Shown here: positions 13,031 through 28,270 of the stretch, one piece after another
How the letters are laid out: each line of letters starts with the position of its first letter
Numbering within the stretch: the stretch's first letter is position 1
NCBI GenBank assembly: GCA_951406725.2
Contig: OX597819.1
Location: 22,816,001-22,880,000 of the forward strand
DNA from: Octopus vulgaris
Lineage: Eukaryota
DNA: 64,000 nucleotides
Direction of reading: 5' to 3'
Program-made: the position numbers and the translations under genes
Notes under the pieces: generated by a model
Told to the model about the DNA's origin: nothing
Database searches by the model: none
The model's input: the letters and a program-made list of their open reading frames with translations, nothing else

Positions 13031-16000
13031 GAATGAATCGAAAAGTTGGCAGGTCTTTGCCAACTCTTCGTCAATGTCCGACTGAGAGAACTCAGCGATG
13101 GCTTCAAGAACCCCAGAGTAGGTCCTTAACACCACCGTTCTCTCAGTATAATTCTTTAGCCAATCTTTGGGGGCCACAATTTACCACTCCAAAGCGGTAT
13201 TTTTTGTTGCCATATCCAAAAATGAAATAAAAATAAAATGTTCCAAAAAAAGTCCAAAAATGTTCAAATAGAAAGTCAACAATGTAACACAAAGAAAAAC
13301 GGAAAGACAGACGTGAGAAAAAGGAATGAAGGAAGACATTTCAACTGGCAACACAATTCTGTTTCTCAGGTAATCCACAAGTTCGCAGCACAAAAATTAA
13401 ATTCTCCGCCGTCCTAGTACTCCTTGCCTGAATGGTAAATCCAAAGGTACGAACATAGCAAAAAACAGGCAAAAAATTTTCCTGCCGGGAATACGCCTCC
13501 CAAAAACACTATTCTTACTAGAAAGTGAGTCCTTTGGCAGAACCTCAGGCAGGCAAACGTCTGGGACAGAGGGGACTCAATTACTCAACAAAAATTATTA
13601 ATTGCAGAACAATAAACTCCACTAATCCCCCCAAAATAAAACAAACGCCTACCTGTAGTCCTGCTTCAAAATGTTTAATTTTCACGTTGCAAAACGTGAC
13701 TTCTAAGCTGCATGAAAAATGCGAACTCTTCAGTCAATGAGGTAAGCAAGCTACTTACCACACAGCCTAACAATGAAAAAATACATTTGATTCATTAGAG
13801 AACTCCCGACTCTTTTTAATACTTCTAGATTAGTCTATAGGTCTTGGTTCATCAAATAACACAAATCATTTTTAACCTTGGAACTGATAAGATCGGTTAC
13901 TCGGTTAACCATAGAGTATAAATGACTGAGGTTACAAAATTCCACCTGAATGGGACCCCGCTCCGTTCAGTGCCAGAAACTTTGAAGGGAGGAAACGAGC
14001 TGATTACACCGATCTCAGTATTTGGCTGGTACTTTATTTTATCGACCTTGAAGAGATGAAAGGCAAAGTTGACCACGGCGGTATTTGAACTCAAAATGTA
14101 AAGAACCGAAAGAAATACCTTCCAGTATTTTATCCTACGCTCTAACCAATCAGCTAGCTAGCTCGCTGTCTTCCTGGTTAATTCACATTATGCTAATTAA
14201 ATCATATAATTATCACGGTTCTTTATATTGTCCATTGTTTATTATATGGGATGTGAGTTCAATATTACTCCTGGATAAGTTACAAAATATAAACCAGATA
14301 AATTTTGGCGTAACAATGAGAGAAGATTCCAACGTATTCGAATTGTTTTCCAAACAGCCTTCCATTAAAAAAATTATTATTACGTAATATCAAACTTATG
14401 AATTAACTTAATATATTCTACACACTCACACACACACACACACGCACACCAAATTTAAATCTCCACTTCAATATCTCAATTATGAAATGTCAAGTATAAA
14501 TTTTATTTATTTGTCTGTTTATTTATTTATTTATTTGCTCATTATAGAACATAGCAAATGATATGGAACTAATTGAAGTTCTATTATTATATTTTAAATC
14601 GATTTTTTTAAGGCTCAAATATGAAACTAATCATTTCTCCATCGCTTCACACATGAACAAAAGCATTTCACATGTAATGAAGGACATAGAGTATAATTGG
14701 GGAGTGTTGACTTCGAAGATGCTTAGCAATAACAATGGTTCGTGCAGTCCCAAATTGATTACAGAATGCAGATCGAGCTAAAGGTCATCTGAAAGATTTA
14801 AATTTATGATAACTGCCCAAACTCGAAATATAACTCAGAAAAATAAAATAATATTTGATAGTTTGAATTAAATTCATTTTAATCTTCAATTCATTTAAAT
14901 ATATATATGTATTATGTGATGGCCCTGTAAAATATTTTACTAAAAAGAGGAACTCTTACACACACCAGTTCAATATAGGTAGCACTACCGTATCCGGTCC
15001 GCAATAGGCAAACAAAATTATCTTAAATGCAAAAACTCAGCCTCAATGTTAACGTTAACTTTCGTGGCGCAACATCCCGTAGTTATTCAGTTTATGTCCT
15101 TCATCACCTGTTTACAGTGGAGTGACTTTTATCGTGTGCAGTGATTAAGAACTGATTAGTTGCATATTTGAATCTTGTACTTCTAAGCAGAACTTACAAA
15201 TCGATTTTGAAATATAAAATAATTAAAACTCTTGCTTGAGTTATAATTCTGAACGTTCGATAACGAGCGAGAAAAAGAAAAAAAAAATTGTGTTATCAAT
15301 ATTTTTAATTGACAGAAGATTCTAATATCGAAGTAGAGATTTAAAAGGGAGAGCAGCTTACTAATTAAAATAGATAAAGTTATGAATCACACTTCGTAAT
15401 CTTCGTAAATAGTCTCTGTCCATAATAATTGTATTTGAATGCTGATGTATGCGTGATTTGCATAAGTGTTGGGATGGACGAGTGGTTAGGAATTCCGTTT
15501 CATAATCACGATGTTCCGGGTACGATCTGACTGCGAAGCATCTTGGGTAAATATCTCCTGCTTTAATCTCAGGCCAAAATATGTCTTGTGAGTGAAAGTG
15601 AATCGATGGAAACTGTGAGGAAGCCTGATGGATGGACTCCATCTTTGTTACAATGGGCCTGTTTTGTCACGTGATATGTCGCATTGATTCTTCCTTACGC
15701 TTGCAGTAAAAGCAAGCGTCGCTGTCGAAGACTCGACCCCTTACACGCTAATATAAGAAACAAATTGATAAAGTGATCGAGAAACTACTAGAATATTGAA
15801 CGTTGAAAGAGAGATGAGACTATTTCCTGTGCGTGTGAGGATCATCAAACGAGATTAATCATTTGGTAGGAATTAAGTGGAATGATCGGATCGTTCGCAT
15901 CCAGATCGTGCTGAGTCTCTTGTTAATATTTATTTATATCACTTACTTCAAAAAGTGCTTTAATTACAAAATATCAATCGATAATCTTTGCACATTGGTT

Positions 16001-18931
16001 GTTTTAGATGAGTTCGTCATCATCGCCGGACTCGGAAAATATAATAGATTTACATGGAAAAAACTTGCAGAAAATTGAGAAAATCACCACGGTAATACAT
16101 TTAATAAAATATTCTTATTATAAAGTTCTTTATTCACTGTATAACGTTTAAATAATTATATAGGCCCTTGTCTATTACAGAGTACTTTTAGGTCTGTTTC
16201 CGTACTTGTGAACACGCAGAGTGTATAGTAACCGAGAAACCACTATAACTAGGCGCCTAGTTATAACAGCGAGCAGCATTATTTGGGTGCAGTGTTATTC
16301 ATAGATAAGGGAGCTGGAAGATATACGTGTACTAGTTCCAGGTACTAGATATTTTGGATTTAAGGCAAGTGGTTCGGGTCCTTATTTGTATAAATTAATC
16401 TTTAATATCATTTTACGAAAACATTGATATTCATTTCTTTACTGCCCATAAGGGGTTATACACAAAGGGGACAAACAAGGACGGACAAACAGATTAAGTC
16501 GATTATATCGACCCCAGTGCGTAACTGGCACTTATTTAATCGATCACGAAAGGATGAAAGGCAAAGTCGACCTCGGCGGAATTTGAACTCAGAACGTAAA
16601 GACAGAGGGAATACTGCTAAGCATTTTGTCCGGCGTGCTAACGTTTCTGCCAGCTCGCTGCCTTCCTAAAATAACTATTTCTTTACTACCCACAAGGGGC
16701 TAAACATAAAGTGGACAAACAAGGACAGACAAAGGGATTAAGTCGATTACATCGACCCCAGCGCGCAACTGGTACTTAATTTATCGACTCAGAAAGGATG
16801 AAAGGCAAAGTCGACCTCGGCGGAATTTGAACGCACAACGCAACGGCAGACGAAAAACCGCGAAGCATTTCGCACGGCGTGCTTAACGTTTCTGCCAGCT
16901 CGCCGCCTTCAAATATTGATATTCCTTAATGTAAGGGAAATAGCGTTCCAATAAATTCGCTCATCAGGAAACCTGAAAGAAGTAACGACTGACAAATAGA
17001 CAAACTGAACGAGAGACAGACTGACAGACTGACACAGACACTGTTGTAGCATCGTGACCTGGTCTCAAGTCTAAATATATTATACTGTACTACTTTCTGT
17101 TGTTCCATTCTAAGAGATGTAGATTCTTTCCTTTCCTCTGTCAATTTCAGAGGCCATGTAATATGCCATGGGCATTCCCTTTCTTCCTCTGACTAAGCCA
17201 GTTACAAACAGATTAACCGAGTAATAAAGCCCAGAGTAATTAACCAGATATATTGTTCTCTTGTGAGTGGATTTGGTAGACGGAAACTGAAAGAAGCCCG
17301 TCGTATATATGTATATATATGTGTGTGTTTGTCCCCCTAGCATTGTTTGACAACCGATGCTGGTGTGTTTATGTCCCCGTTACTTAGCGGTTCGGCAAAA
17401 GAGACCGATAGAATAAGTACTGGGCTTACAAAAGAATAAGTCCCGGGGTCGAGTTGCTCGATTAAAGGCGGTGCTCCAGCATGGCCGCAGTCAAAATGAC
17501 TGAAACAAGGAAAAAGAAAAAAGAAAAAGAAAAAAAAAGAAAAAGAACCCAATAAAGAAAGAAAAACAAGACATAATTAAGCTACAGTGTTATTTGTTAT
17601 ATGACAGGTAACTTTGGAAGTATAATTTTGCCACCATGGGTAACAACAGGAAATATGGAATACATACAGTAATTATAATTTAACTTTTGTCAAATATCTT
17701 GGTGCTTATACAGAAAAACAAGGATGAAATGAATACATATCGTCGAAAATAAAATATTTCCTAATTGTATAACTCCTCCCCCCCCCCCCAAGCCTCCTTC
17801 TGTCAACAAGCCAAGTATGTGCACTCATCTTGTATCTTGTACCTCTTATGTTAACTCTTTCTGTATCTTCCTTTTATTCTCTCTGTATACAATGAGAGCG
17901 TAACTGGAGAAATCAACCTACTACATGAAACTTCGTTTATCGCTGATTCCTTCACCACTGATCCGGAAGAACACAGTACGCTCAACTGTGAACCATGTTA
18001 TGATTATCACGGATTGTTCTTTTATAACAAGTGTTGTGTGGACTGTCGAAGATTCTGCCCATACCATATAAACGCACCTTAGTGACATCCTCCTCCACCC
18101 ACCACACACACATATACACAATCCTCAGCTAACAAGAAATCACCGACTATCGCTTGTGCTTACATGAACGTGTAGCGAGTCTGCGTATTTCTTTATATAG
18201 ACTTTCGCACTCGTACCTATTAACATCGGACCAGTGAATAGAGAAGCTATGAAGATGCCTCATCCACACAAGTGACTCAGACGAGTATATTTTGATCAAA
18301 AAGATACGTGACGGTGGGTGCTTTGCAGCTTTAGGAATTGAGTTTGCTGTCGATAAATCAACCATTAAACGTTAGCACGTATTTCGTCTGTCTTCGCGTT
18401 CTGAGTTCAAATTCCGTCCTGGTCGAATTTGCTTTTCATCGTTTCGGGGTTGATAAATTAAGTACCTATTTCTTTATTACCCACAAGGGGCTAAACGCAG
18501 AGGGGACAAACAAGGACAGACATAGGTATTAAGTCGATTACATCGATTCCAGTGCGTAACTGGTACTTAATTTATCGACCCCGAAAGGATGAAAGGCAAA
18601 GTCGACCTCGGCGGAATTTGAACTCAGAACGTAACGCAGACGAAATACCGCTAAGCATTTCACCCGGCATGCTAACGCCTTAATTAAGTACCAGTTGCAT
18701 GCTGGGGTTGATCTAATCAGCTGGCCCCCTCTCCCTAAATTTCGGGCCTTGTACTTAGAGTAGAAAAGAAAAGAATAAACCAACCATTTATTCCATTTAA
18801 AAATGTATGTGGTGATTCACGTATCACTGTTTTTATTATAATTTTACCTACGCATCGTGATAAACGAGGACAGATGTATTATTATATACAGATACTGATA
18901 ATTGATATTGTTAAATTAATATTTTCTACAG

Positions 18932-19003
18932 GAGCAGCGCCCCAGCGTACTAGATCTATCGTGTAACAACATAGAGAAAATGGAAAACTTGAAAAATCTG
19001 GAA
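18932..19003 (+). CDS. LRR protein exon (EQRPSVLDLSCNNIEKMENLKNLE), phase 0-0
   Basis: ttttctacag acceptor, gtaagt donor, SDS22-like LRR LxLxxNxIxxMENL. Confidence 0.9.
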
Positions 19004-19375
19004 GTAAGTATATGTGTAGTTAGCATTTAACTATTCAGTAACAAAAGTTCTTAAAAACGCATTGAAGGGCGTAATATTATTTTTTTACTTTGATAAGAAC
19101 AAATGACTACTAACCATTATGATGCTTTATTAAACTAAAGGTACAACGATTCTTAATAATGCGGGAGGAGTTTGCGAAAGATATATGTATGTATGTGTAT
19201 ATATTTATTGAGCGCGCGCACACATATTACACACATAAACCCACTCACACGTACGCACACACATACACACGTACGCACACACACACGTATTTATATGCAA
19301 GTGAGTGGACAGACGAAAGAAAGAGGCACCACCCAACTCATTTAATAAGAGTGACATATATAATATATATATATT

Positions 19376-19595
19376 TACGAAAGGATGCTGAACATTTCCT
19401 GGCTTTGGGTAAAAGAAAATACAGGAGTATCAGTTAATTAGGATTTTATTCAACATACTTCCCTTTCAAATTCACACACTTATTGTAGCAGTCTTTCGGT
19501 TTATGTAAGCCCTGTAAAAGAACTTGGATGTTTGGGCCTCTAACCAGGCCTTTCAGGTTATCCATAAAGCCAGGAATTTTTCAGTACCCTTCGTA
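19376..19595. mobile_element. Mariner-derived MITE
   Basis: TIRs tacgaaaggatgctgaacatttcctggcttt / aaagccaggaatttttcagtacccttcgta with TA ends. A related decayed copy lies at approx. 36562-36751. Confidence 0.65.
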
Positions 19596-20830
19596 TTTAA
19601 AATAGTTTGATTCAGCACCATGCACCTTAAAATTTTTTAGGCATTTTTATAGAAACCTAGCTCGTAGGATACAGCAGCCAAATTGAGAGGTTCAAGAAGT
19701 CTAAGGTGGCTACCGGGAAATAGTATGCTATTGGTTAAGATAGGTCATGCGGTGTTATCAGAAATGGAATTGAAATTTCAGCGACATCAAATCCATTTAA
19801 GAAGAGATCCCAATATAAATTTCATGAACCTGGTGGCGTCTCGTTGCCTAGCTGGTCTTCGAAGGGACTTGAGCAACATCGACGCGGCGGGGCAGTTTGT
19901 ATGTGGCGAGCTGATAGAATCGTTAGTACGTCGGGCGAAGTGCTTAGTAGTATTTCGTCTGCGGTTACGTTCTGAGTTCAAATTCCGCCGAGGTCGACTT
20001 TGCCTTTCATCCTTTCGGGGTCGATTAAATAAGTACCAGTTACGATTACATCGACTGGGGTCGATGTAATCGACTTAATACCTATGTCTGTCCTTGTTTG
20101 TCCCCTCTACGTTTAGCCCCTTGTGGGTAATAAAGAAATAGGTACTTAATTTATCAACCCCGAAACGATGAAAAGCAAATTCGACCAGGACGGAATTTGA
20201 ACTCAGAACATGAAGATAGACGAAATACGTGCTAACGTTTAATGGTTGATTTATTGACAGCAAACTCAATTCCTAAATCTGCGAAGCACCCACCGTCACG
20301 TATCTTTTTGATCAAAATATACTCGTCTGAGTCACTTGTGTGGATGAGGCACCTTCATAGCTTCTCTATTCACCTAATCCGTGTGTCCCCCTCTGTGTTT
20401 AGCTCCTTGTGGGTAGTAAATAAATAGTAAACATATATAAGGAGATTTTAGGACTATCATTTTTACTTGTTGCAAAATCTGCGACTGTGTGTTCGTTTGA
20501 AATTTATATATTTCGAGCAGTAGCGAGTTACAGCCATCTCTAGCAGACGATATGTCCAATACTGAGGAATGGCAGAAATAGCACGAAACCAGAACTGGCC
20601 TACTGGTCATGTCGCTAGAAGGTGGTAGGGGTTCGCTCCCCTGCAAGCAATTCATCGGATGCAGCTGTGCATTGTTAACCAGGTATTGGAGATGTTCTCT
20701 TGGAGTTAAAAATTCGCAGTAGAGTCTGTTCGAACGAACAACCATGTTAAAGTAGCTACGAATATTACTTGTCAGTACAACTGCTGCGTTGGTCGCTTAA
20801 GGAGACTTTAAAACTAGCATTTTTGCTTAG

Positions 20831-20868
<38 letters not shown>

Positions 20869-20909
20869 GTATGTATGTATGTATATATATGTATGTATGT
20901 GTATATATA

Positions 20910-21560
20910 TAAGCCAAAACAACTCTTTTATGGAGAGTTAGCTAAAGGAGAACGACCTCCACGTAAACCAAAAGAGAGATATAAGGACTTGCTGAAGGCT
21001 TCCTTAAGAGATGCTTGCATCTCTCCTGACACATGGGAAGGCATAGCTATTGATCGTAGCAGGTGGAGAAGGATTGTGCATGAGGGGACAGCCACGTTTG
21101 AGAAATCTCGAGTTGCACATGAGAAAGAAAGGAGGGCTGTCAGGAAGGGCATCGCTGTTACACTTCCAGAAGGGAAGGGTCTTCCTTTGATTCTCACATG
21201 CAATGTCTGTGCAAGACCCTGCCTCAGTAAAGCTGGACTCATGAGTCATCTTCGTAGTCATAAAACGAGACAGATAAGTGACAACCTGGCCACTGGTGGT
21301 AGTGTAACACACCATACTAATCATATCTGTCGGGCATGTGGAAGAGAGTGTAATTCGGCAGGAGGACTTAAACGACATGCAAAGGTACATGAAGCCCAGC
21401 TACAACTACAGCCGGCTATTACCAGTAAAGGTCTTAGTTGCCAATTTTGTACAAGACATTGTAGATCTTTAGCTGGGCTAAAAAGTCACATTCGATCACA
21501 GTGCCAGTAATAGTTAAGCTTCGTGCAATGGCCATACTCGATAACGAGGGGGCAGCCATA
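20910..21560 (+). mobile_element. RTE-clade LINE 3' end with three tandem C2H2-type zinc fingers
   Basis: PKQLFYGEL..G.RP..KPKERYKD..K..L....I....WE..A.DRSRWR is the RTE C-terminal signature, followed by CNVC..H..H, CRAC..H..H and CQFC..H..Q. 5'-truncated in a (TA)n-rich tract. Confidence 0.8.
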
Positions 21561-21607
21561 ATATATATGTATGTATGTGTATATATATATGCATATATAT
21601 ATATATG

Positions 21608-21638
<31 letters not shown>

Positions 21639-21804
21639 ATGTGTGTGTGTGTGTATGTGTGTGTATGTAGCTTGAGGAAAACCTTTTTCATGGCCATAGA
21701 TTCCCACAAGAGTTGTGAGAGAATTTAGATAGAAGTAAATTCTTAGGACGTCCACCCATCAACGCTTGCGTTCGAGTTCTCTAAATGGTAAGCTAAATCC
21801 AGTT

Positions 21805-21863
<59 letters not shown>

Positions 21864-22264
21864 TGCATACATACAAACATACATGCATATATATGCATGC
21901 ATACATAATATATACATACATACACACATACATACATGCATACATACATACATTACATACATAGATACATACATACATACATACATAGATTACATACATA
22001 CATACACACATACACACATACATACATACATACATACATACATACATACATACATACACACATACATACACACATACATACACACATACACACATACATA
22101 CATACATACATACATACATACATACATACATACATACATACATACATACATACATACATACATACATACATACATACATACATACATTGCTGTGGTATAA
22201 ATGGGAGGCGTTTCTCTAAGTTTTATTTTCTTTAACAATAATTATATTTTCTTTGATTTTCCAG

Positions 22265-22323
22265 AGCATCAAAGAGCTGAAACTTTATGGAAACAAAATA
22301 TTAGTTGTGGAAAATTTGGACAA
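22265..22323 (+). CDS. LRR protein exon (SIKELKLYGNKILVVENLD[K]), phase 0-2
   Basis: ttttccag acceptor, gtaaga donor, LRR motif; phases match both neighbours. Confidence 0.9.
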
Positions 22324-23870
22324 GTAAGAGAAATTATTATAACACTCTAAAAATTGATAATGTCTTCTTAGCAGCGCATTAATGCCCATTAAAATATGTT
22401 CGATTTTTTCAACTCTAAGTTCCACCATAATTGACTAGCATACGACATAAATAGCCTCTTCGTGAACATTCAACCAGCAAGAAGTTATAGTTACATCTTA
22501 AATCGCACCTCACTACCTTAAAGATAGAACACATTGAAAAATGAAATCCATGTATACTTTTTCCAGGAAAACCCAATGAGTTCGCCATTATCTGTATAAC
22601 TTTGGCCATAGGCCTACTCTATTAGGTCCGCCTTAGTGTTAACAGCAACTATAAGAGAGATAGAAGCGAAACGTCCTGTGAGCTGAAACTGAAATTTAGC
22701 CTGTATTCTCAGTCGAAAACAAATTCACTTCATTTTTAACACTAATATGTTGAGAAAAGGCATGAACATCACAAACACTCAAAAATAATTCTGAAAATCT
22801 TATGGCACATCAAAAAAGTTACGAAGAAGTTGGTGAATTTTGTGGAAAAATCCTAACGATGCAAAAGCCAGTCTTAATTCGTTTACACTACTATGTAACG
22901 ATTTGAGAGTACTATTCCTTCTACTCTGTTGGAAACCATTCTTAAATATCTAGACATATCTGCACTATTCTAACACGACTTTAAGACAATATCCTTTATA
23001 TTCACTCCATAACCTGCTTAAGTCAAATTTACTTTTCATCTGTAGACAAACTCGGCCTCTAGGTATGTCTAAAGGTTTTTGAAAAATACCTATAACTAAT
23101 TAATCAAATTCTTTGGAAAATTGAAACGTTTCTGATAGAAGAGAATTTTGTCTTTACTGTTTTCTGAGTAAGTAATGGGTATGTTTCAGCATTATGAGAG
23201 CTCTTCAGTGAAGCACTTTCTTGAGTAGAAGAAACGTAGTGAGGCTGATTTTCTATATCAATAATAGCGCTTAAATAAAATAAAGGCAAGCCTTTTACAT
23301 TGTGAAAACATATACGGTAGGATCTCACGTAATACGTAATAGAGTGAGTCGAAATAGAATTCATTAACCGATATTATCAATTCACTTAATACACAAAAAT
23401 TCACTTAGTACACAAACAAAAATTTCTTGAAAATTAGAACTAACAATCAAGGGAGATAACTCCGACAAAATCATCTAATTAATGCCGATATGAAAAAATT
23501 TATTTTGTCTTGAAAGCCATCTGGCGTATGCAAAGGATATGTTTCGGCTTTATTTGGTCTCTTCAGCAAAGTATAACACCTTAGAAGCTTATACTGTCCC
23601 ATAGAATATGATGCAGCGATGCAGCATCGTGGAACAATATACAGAGTCATATAACACCAGAGTATAGAGAATAGTATACAACCTCATATCGAGTGATAGG
23701 GCACCATACAATACCATAAAGTACCAAGCATTATATAGCACTACGCAGGCTTATAGAATACATTATACGCCATAATATTACCACACTCACGCACCATACA
23801 ATATCACACGACATTACATTAACATATCACAATATAGTGAGCCATGCAACATACAGAAAGAGAGAGATAG

Positions 23871-23945
<75 letters not shown>

Positions 23946-23948
23946 GAG

Positions 23949-24009
<61 letters not shown>

Positions 24010-24562
24010 TATACATATATACATGCATGCAGGTGCTATCACACACAGACACTTATACACACATACACACGTACACACCCACATGCTCACTTATACCAGG
24101 TTTCAATGCAGAAACGGCATCCATCTGATCAGCAAGCATTTTTCTTCAACTCTGCAACGTTATGAAACAGCAGCAGATGCCTCTCACTGTGTCCCTTACA
24201 CAGTTTGATCTAAATATATTGAAGACTGTCACCAAATTCAAACTTAGTTGCATACCATCCTCCATCTCTTTCGCAATCCCTGTTGTGGCTCAGATACTGA
24301 CGTCATGCGATATATTTTTCACCAGTATCTTTCATTTCTAATCTTTGAAAGTCCTTCCTTCCATCCGCTCGATTTGTTATCCTACTTTTAACATTAAAGA
24401 GTTCTGATTTAACATTAGCTGCTGTAGCCAATCTCAGCTACTGCATGCTCAATGCTTAAGGAACGATAAGCTTACAGTTAGCAGTCCATCTTCTGCTTTT
24501 CAGACGAGTAATCAAAAGGTCTGACAGGGAACAAACATTGTTAATGTTAGTGAATGTCTGTA

Positions 24563-24609
<47 letters not shown>

Positions 24610-24634
24610 CATATATATATACATATATACATAT

Positions 24635-24689
<55 letters not shown>

Positions 24690-24760
24690 TATATACACAT
24701 ATATATATATGTATATATATATACGCATATATATATACACACATATATAGATAGATATAC

Positions 24761-24795
<35 letters not shown>

Positions 24796-25043
24796 CGTAT
24801 ACATGTTTATGTCTCTCTCTCTTCATATACATATATACATATGCGTATGCGTGTGTGTGTGTGAAGCAGAGTTTACTCTTAAGCGATATATGTATAAATA
24901 TACGCATGTATGTATGTATATATATATATACATACATACATAAATACATACATACATATTTATACATATATACATATATATATATACATATATACATATA
25001 TGCATGTATATATTTATATCTATATATATATATGTATATATCT

Positions 25044-25145
<102 letters not shown>

Positions 25146-25322
25146 GTATATATATGTATATATCTTTGGGCCCGTATGTATACGTGTGTGTGAATGCATG
25201 CAAGAGTGTGCGTGCTCGCGTGAGCAAACACACATGTGAGCGCGAGCGTGTATTTTGTGTTGGTGGCAGCGAAATACGGGTTTTGTTTGGGAGCAGAACA
25301 GCCTGTATGTGTGTGTTTGTGT

Positions 25323-25356
<34 letters not shown>

Positions 25357-25810
25357 TTAATAGAGCATCCACTTAACGAGAATCATCGTGCGTATGTATG
25401 TGGACAAGCACGATCATATATGTTCACTGTTTTGCACTTGTATGCAAGGAGGAAAGAGCAGATTTGTGTGCAGTGGTGGGTGGATGTAAGACGTTATTTC
25501 AAGTTCTTTCATTATAAATAATGTAATGCCGTTAACAAGTAAATAAAAATAACAATAAGAACAGGAGACGACAAAGAAGAGTTAGATAACAATTGCCAAC
25601 ATGGTCAATGTTATCTGCGCTTTCTTTGTTGCCAAGCTCCTTTTAATAGACCTACATTTATCTAATTCTCCTTTTCAATTTATACAACGTTAATGTATTA
25701 CGCAAACACACGTCCACACAACATATCTGCTCACATATTCAAGGACGTATACAATCACATATTCGCGCACAAGCACAATCACACACACACACACACACAA
25801 ATACACGCAT

Positions 25811-25850
<40 letters not shown>

Positions 25851-27974
25851 TCGCAAACGAATATGAAACTTCTCTTCAAGTAATAATGCACATCAAGTTA
25901 AAGTACCATGAGTGGCCAGAACTTTAGTCGGAATTTCAAATCTTCTGGTACGGTATTATGTTTGAAATGCTATCATTATATTTTGTCGATATATTGAGAA
26001 AGAGAAAGAGAAAGAGAAAGAGAGAGAGGGGGGAGAGATAGATTGAGATGAATATAGTTTAGTTAATCATTTCTTCCCTTGCCATGACTGTTGAATACAG
26101 GTCTTGTTGTATCTCTCCATACTTCCAGCTTTCTGTGTCTGCTTCTCCGAATTTCGTAATAATCCAAGTTCTCTCTCATTGGCGGATGTTGGTGATTATA
26201 TTTGGTTGACGAACAGAATAGTAGGCCTTGTAACGTTAATCCATAATGTTTAGGGCTTTGCTCGAATCTTGCTTTAATCCTTCTGATCCAACAAGAACGT
26301 TCTTTTAAAGTTATTCTATATTTAATTTTTTAGGCGCAATAAGTAGGAGATTGCAATTCTACTGTATTATGGTGGCTCATTATACATCAGTAAAGATCGA
26401 TAAATGATTAAATCGATTGGTATTTTATTTTATCGATCCGTGACCAACAAATAGTAATATTAGTTTTAAATTTTGGTATAAAGCCAGAAAGTTTTGGGGG
26501 AAGGGTTTAGTTGATTACATCGACCCAAGTGCTCAACTGGTACTTATTTTAGATGCTCCGAAATGATGAAAGGTAAAGTTGGTCTCGGCAGAATTTGATA
26601 TCAGGACGTAAAGGCGGACGAAATGCCGCTAGGTATTTTAAGATACTTATTTCTTTACTATCCACAAGGGGCCACACACAGAGAGGACAAACAAGGAGAA
26701 GACAAACAGATTAAGTCAATTATATCGACCCCAGTGCGTAACTGGTACTTATTTAATCGACCCCGAAAGGATGAAAGGCAAAGTCAATCTCGGCGGAATT
26801 TGAACTCAGAACGTAGCAGCAGACGAAATACCGCTAAGCATTTCGCCTGGCATGCTATCATTTCTGCCAGCTCTCCGCCTTTACAACAAATGGTAATATT
26901 GCCATGTGATTTAAAGAGAAAACGTATACGGTGAACACTTGGGTAGTGAGGGTAGTGCTGTGCCCCCTCTACCCATTCAGTCGGTAAATCCCATTCCGTC
27001 GCAACCCCAGACTTCTCTGAGGTTCTTCACCGATGTAGGTGACAAAAATCACACAAAACAGCATCACGAGTATGCTGTTGTCACCCAGGAATATATGTTT
27101 CTATCCTCCTCAATGCTAATTCTAGCTGCACCACTCATACTCTCGCGTGAGCTCAATCTAATATAAATTGCTTTCTCAGCGGCTTCTAACAATTTTCAGC
27201 AACTTTTTTCCTCTCCTTCGTAGCTACTCCAAAACTCCTTCTCATTGAGTGAACCCAGGTTCCAACAAATCTCCTAACACTTATCTCTATAGGAAGACAT
27301 TTCTTTCACAGATTTCAACTATTTCACTGTAATTTCTGTCTTTCTTGATGAAAGCGTTTTTGAAAAAGTCAAAAGATCACAAGGGTATTTTGTTCGACGC
27401 TCTGCTGATTCTCACAAACCACAACTTTTCTGAGCTTGATACATTTCCCTTCATTACATAATTGTACAAATTATTCACACTAATTATGAAATTTTAAGCT
27501 GATAGAGGGTGCGGCAAAAAAATCTTCCATATGGCTATGTTTGGAGTGCTAGTAAGGTTCGACAGATCATGATGGTATCTACACATAACGGTATATTGTT
27601 TTTCTCTTTTTATCAGTTACCACTATGGATAGTACTAGTGTGATATACATTGTATCTTTGCCGTTAAAAAGTTTATCAAGAGAGGTGAACCCGGGAGATG
27701 CTTTTCTCTCACCCTGTTCAGTCGAATTATTTCGCCACAGATGCCTGCGCCATTATAATTATTACTTTCTATTAATGTACCTAGAATCTTGCAAAGACTT
27801 CATTATTATATCAAACATTATACATTTATAATGCTGAGACAGTAATGGGATTTAGAAAAGCCATCAGTTCTTGTATGACAGATCGTTTTTAGAGATGTGT
27901 GTACAACTAGAAAGAGAAGAGCAATAATATGATATAGAAGGTGAAGTGGGATAAAGAAAGTTAGTTGTTGCTGG

Positions 27975-28270
27975 TTGTTCCTTCTTGAAGCTATGCCTGG
28001 CTCATAAGGGCCGGTTTCCCAGTTTCCTTGACGTATAGGTTCCCCACCTGGACGGGATGCCGGTCCATCGCAGGTGAGCTGCAAGATGCAGGAGGAAAGA
28101 ATGAGAGTAAGTTGTGGCGAAAGAGTCAGCAGAAGTTTGCCGTTACCTTCTGCCGGAGCCGCATGGAGCTTAGGTGTTTCATAAACACACACATCGCCCG
28201 GTCTGAGATTCGAACCCGCGATTCCTCGACTGCGAGCCCACTGCTCTAACCACTAGGCCATGTGCCTCCA
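27975..28270 (-). mobile_element. tRNA-derived SINE family C (tail variant 1)
   Basis: Head tggcctagtggttagagcag...gggttcgaatc. Shares head and 5' body with 35617-35910 but has a different 3' half. Confidence 0.75.

Noticed and set aside
14548-14781. Possible exon or ORF NIANDMELIE...
   Set aside because: The acceptor is plausible, but there is no convincing donor or LRR motif.
20875-21510. Host C2H2 zinc-finger gene
   Set aside because: The fingers are fused to an RTE ORF2 C-terminal signature and the ORF start lies in a microsatellite.
23530-23572. HHR-like CTGAAGA..GAAAC on the minus strand (similar weak case at approx. 37310-37347)
   Set aside because: The stems have multiple mismatches and cannot be distinguished from decay or chance.
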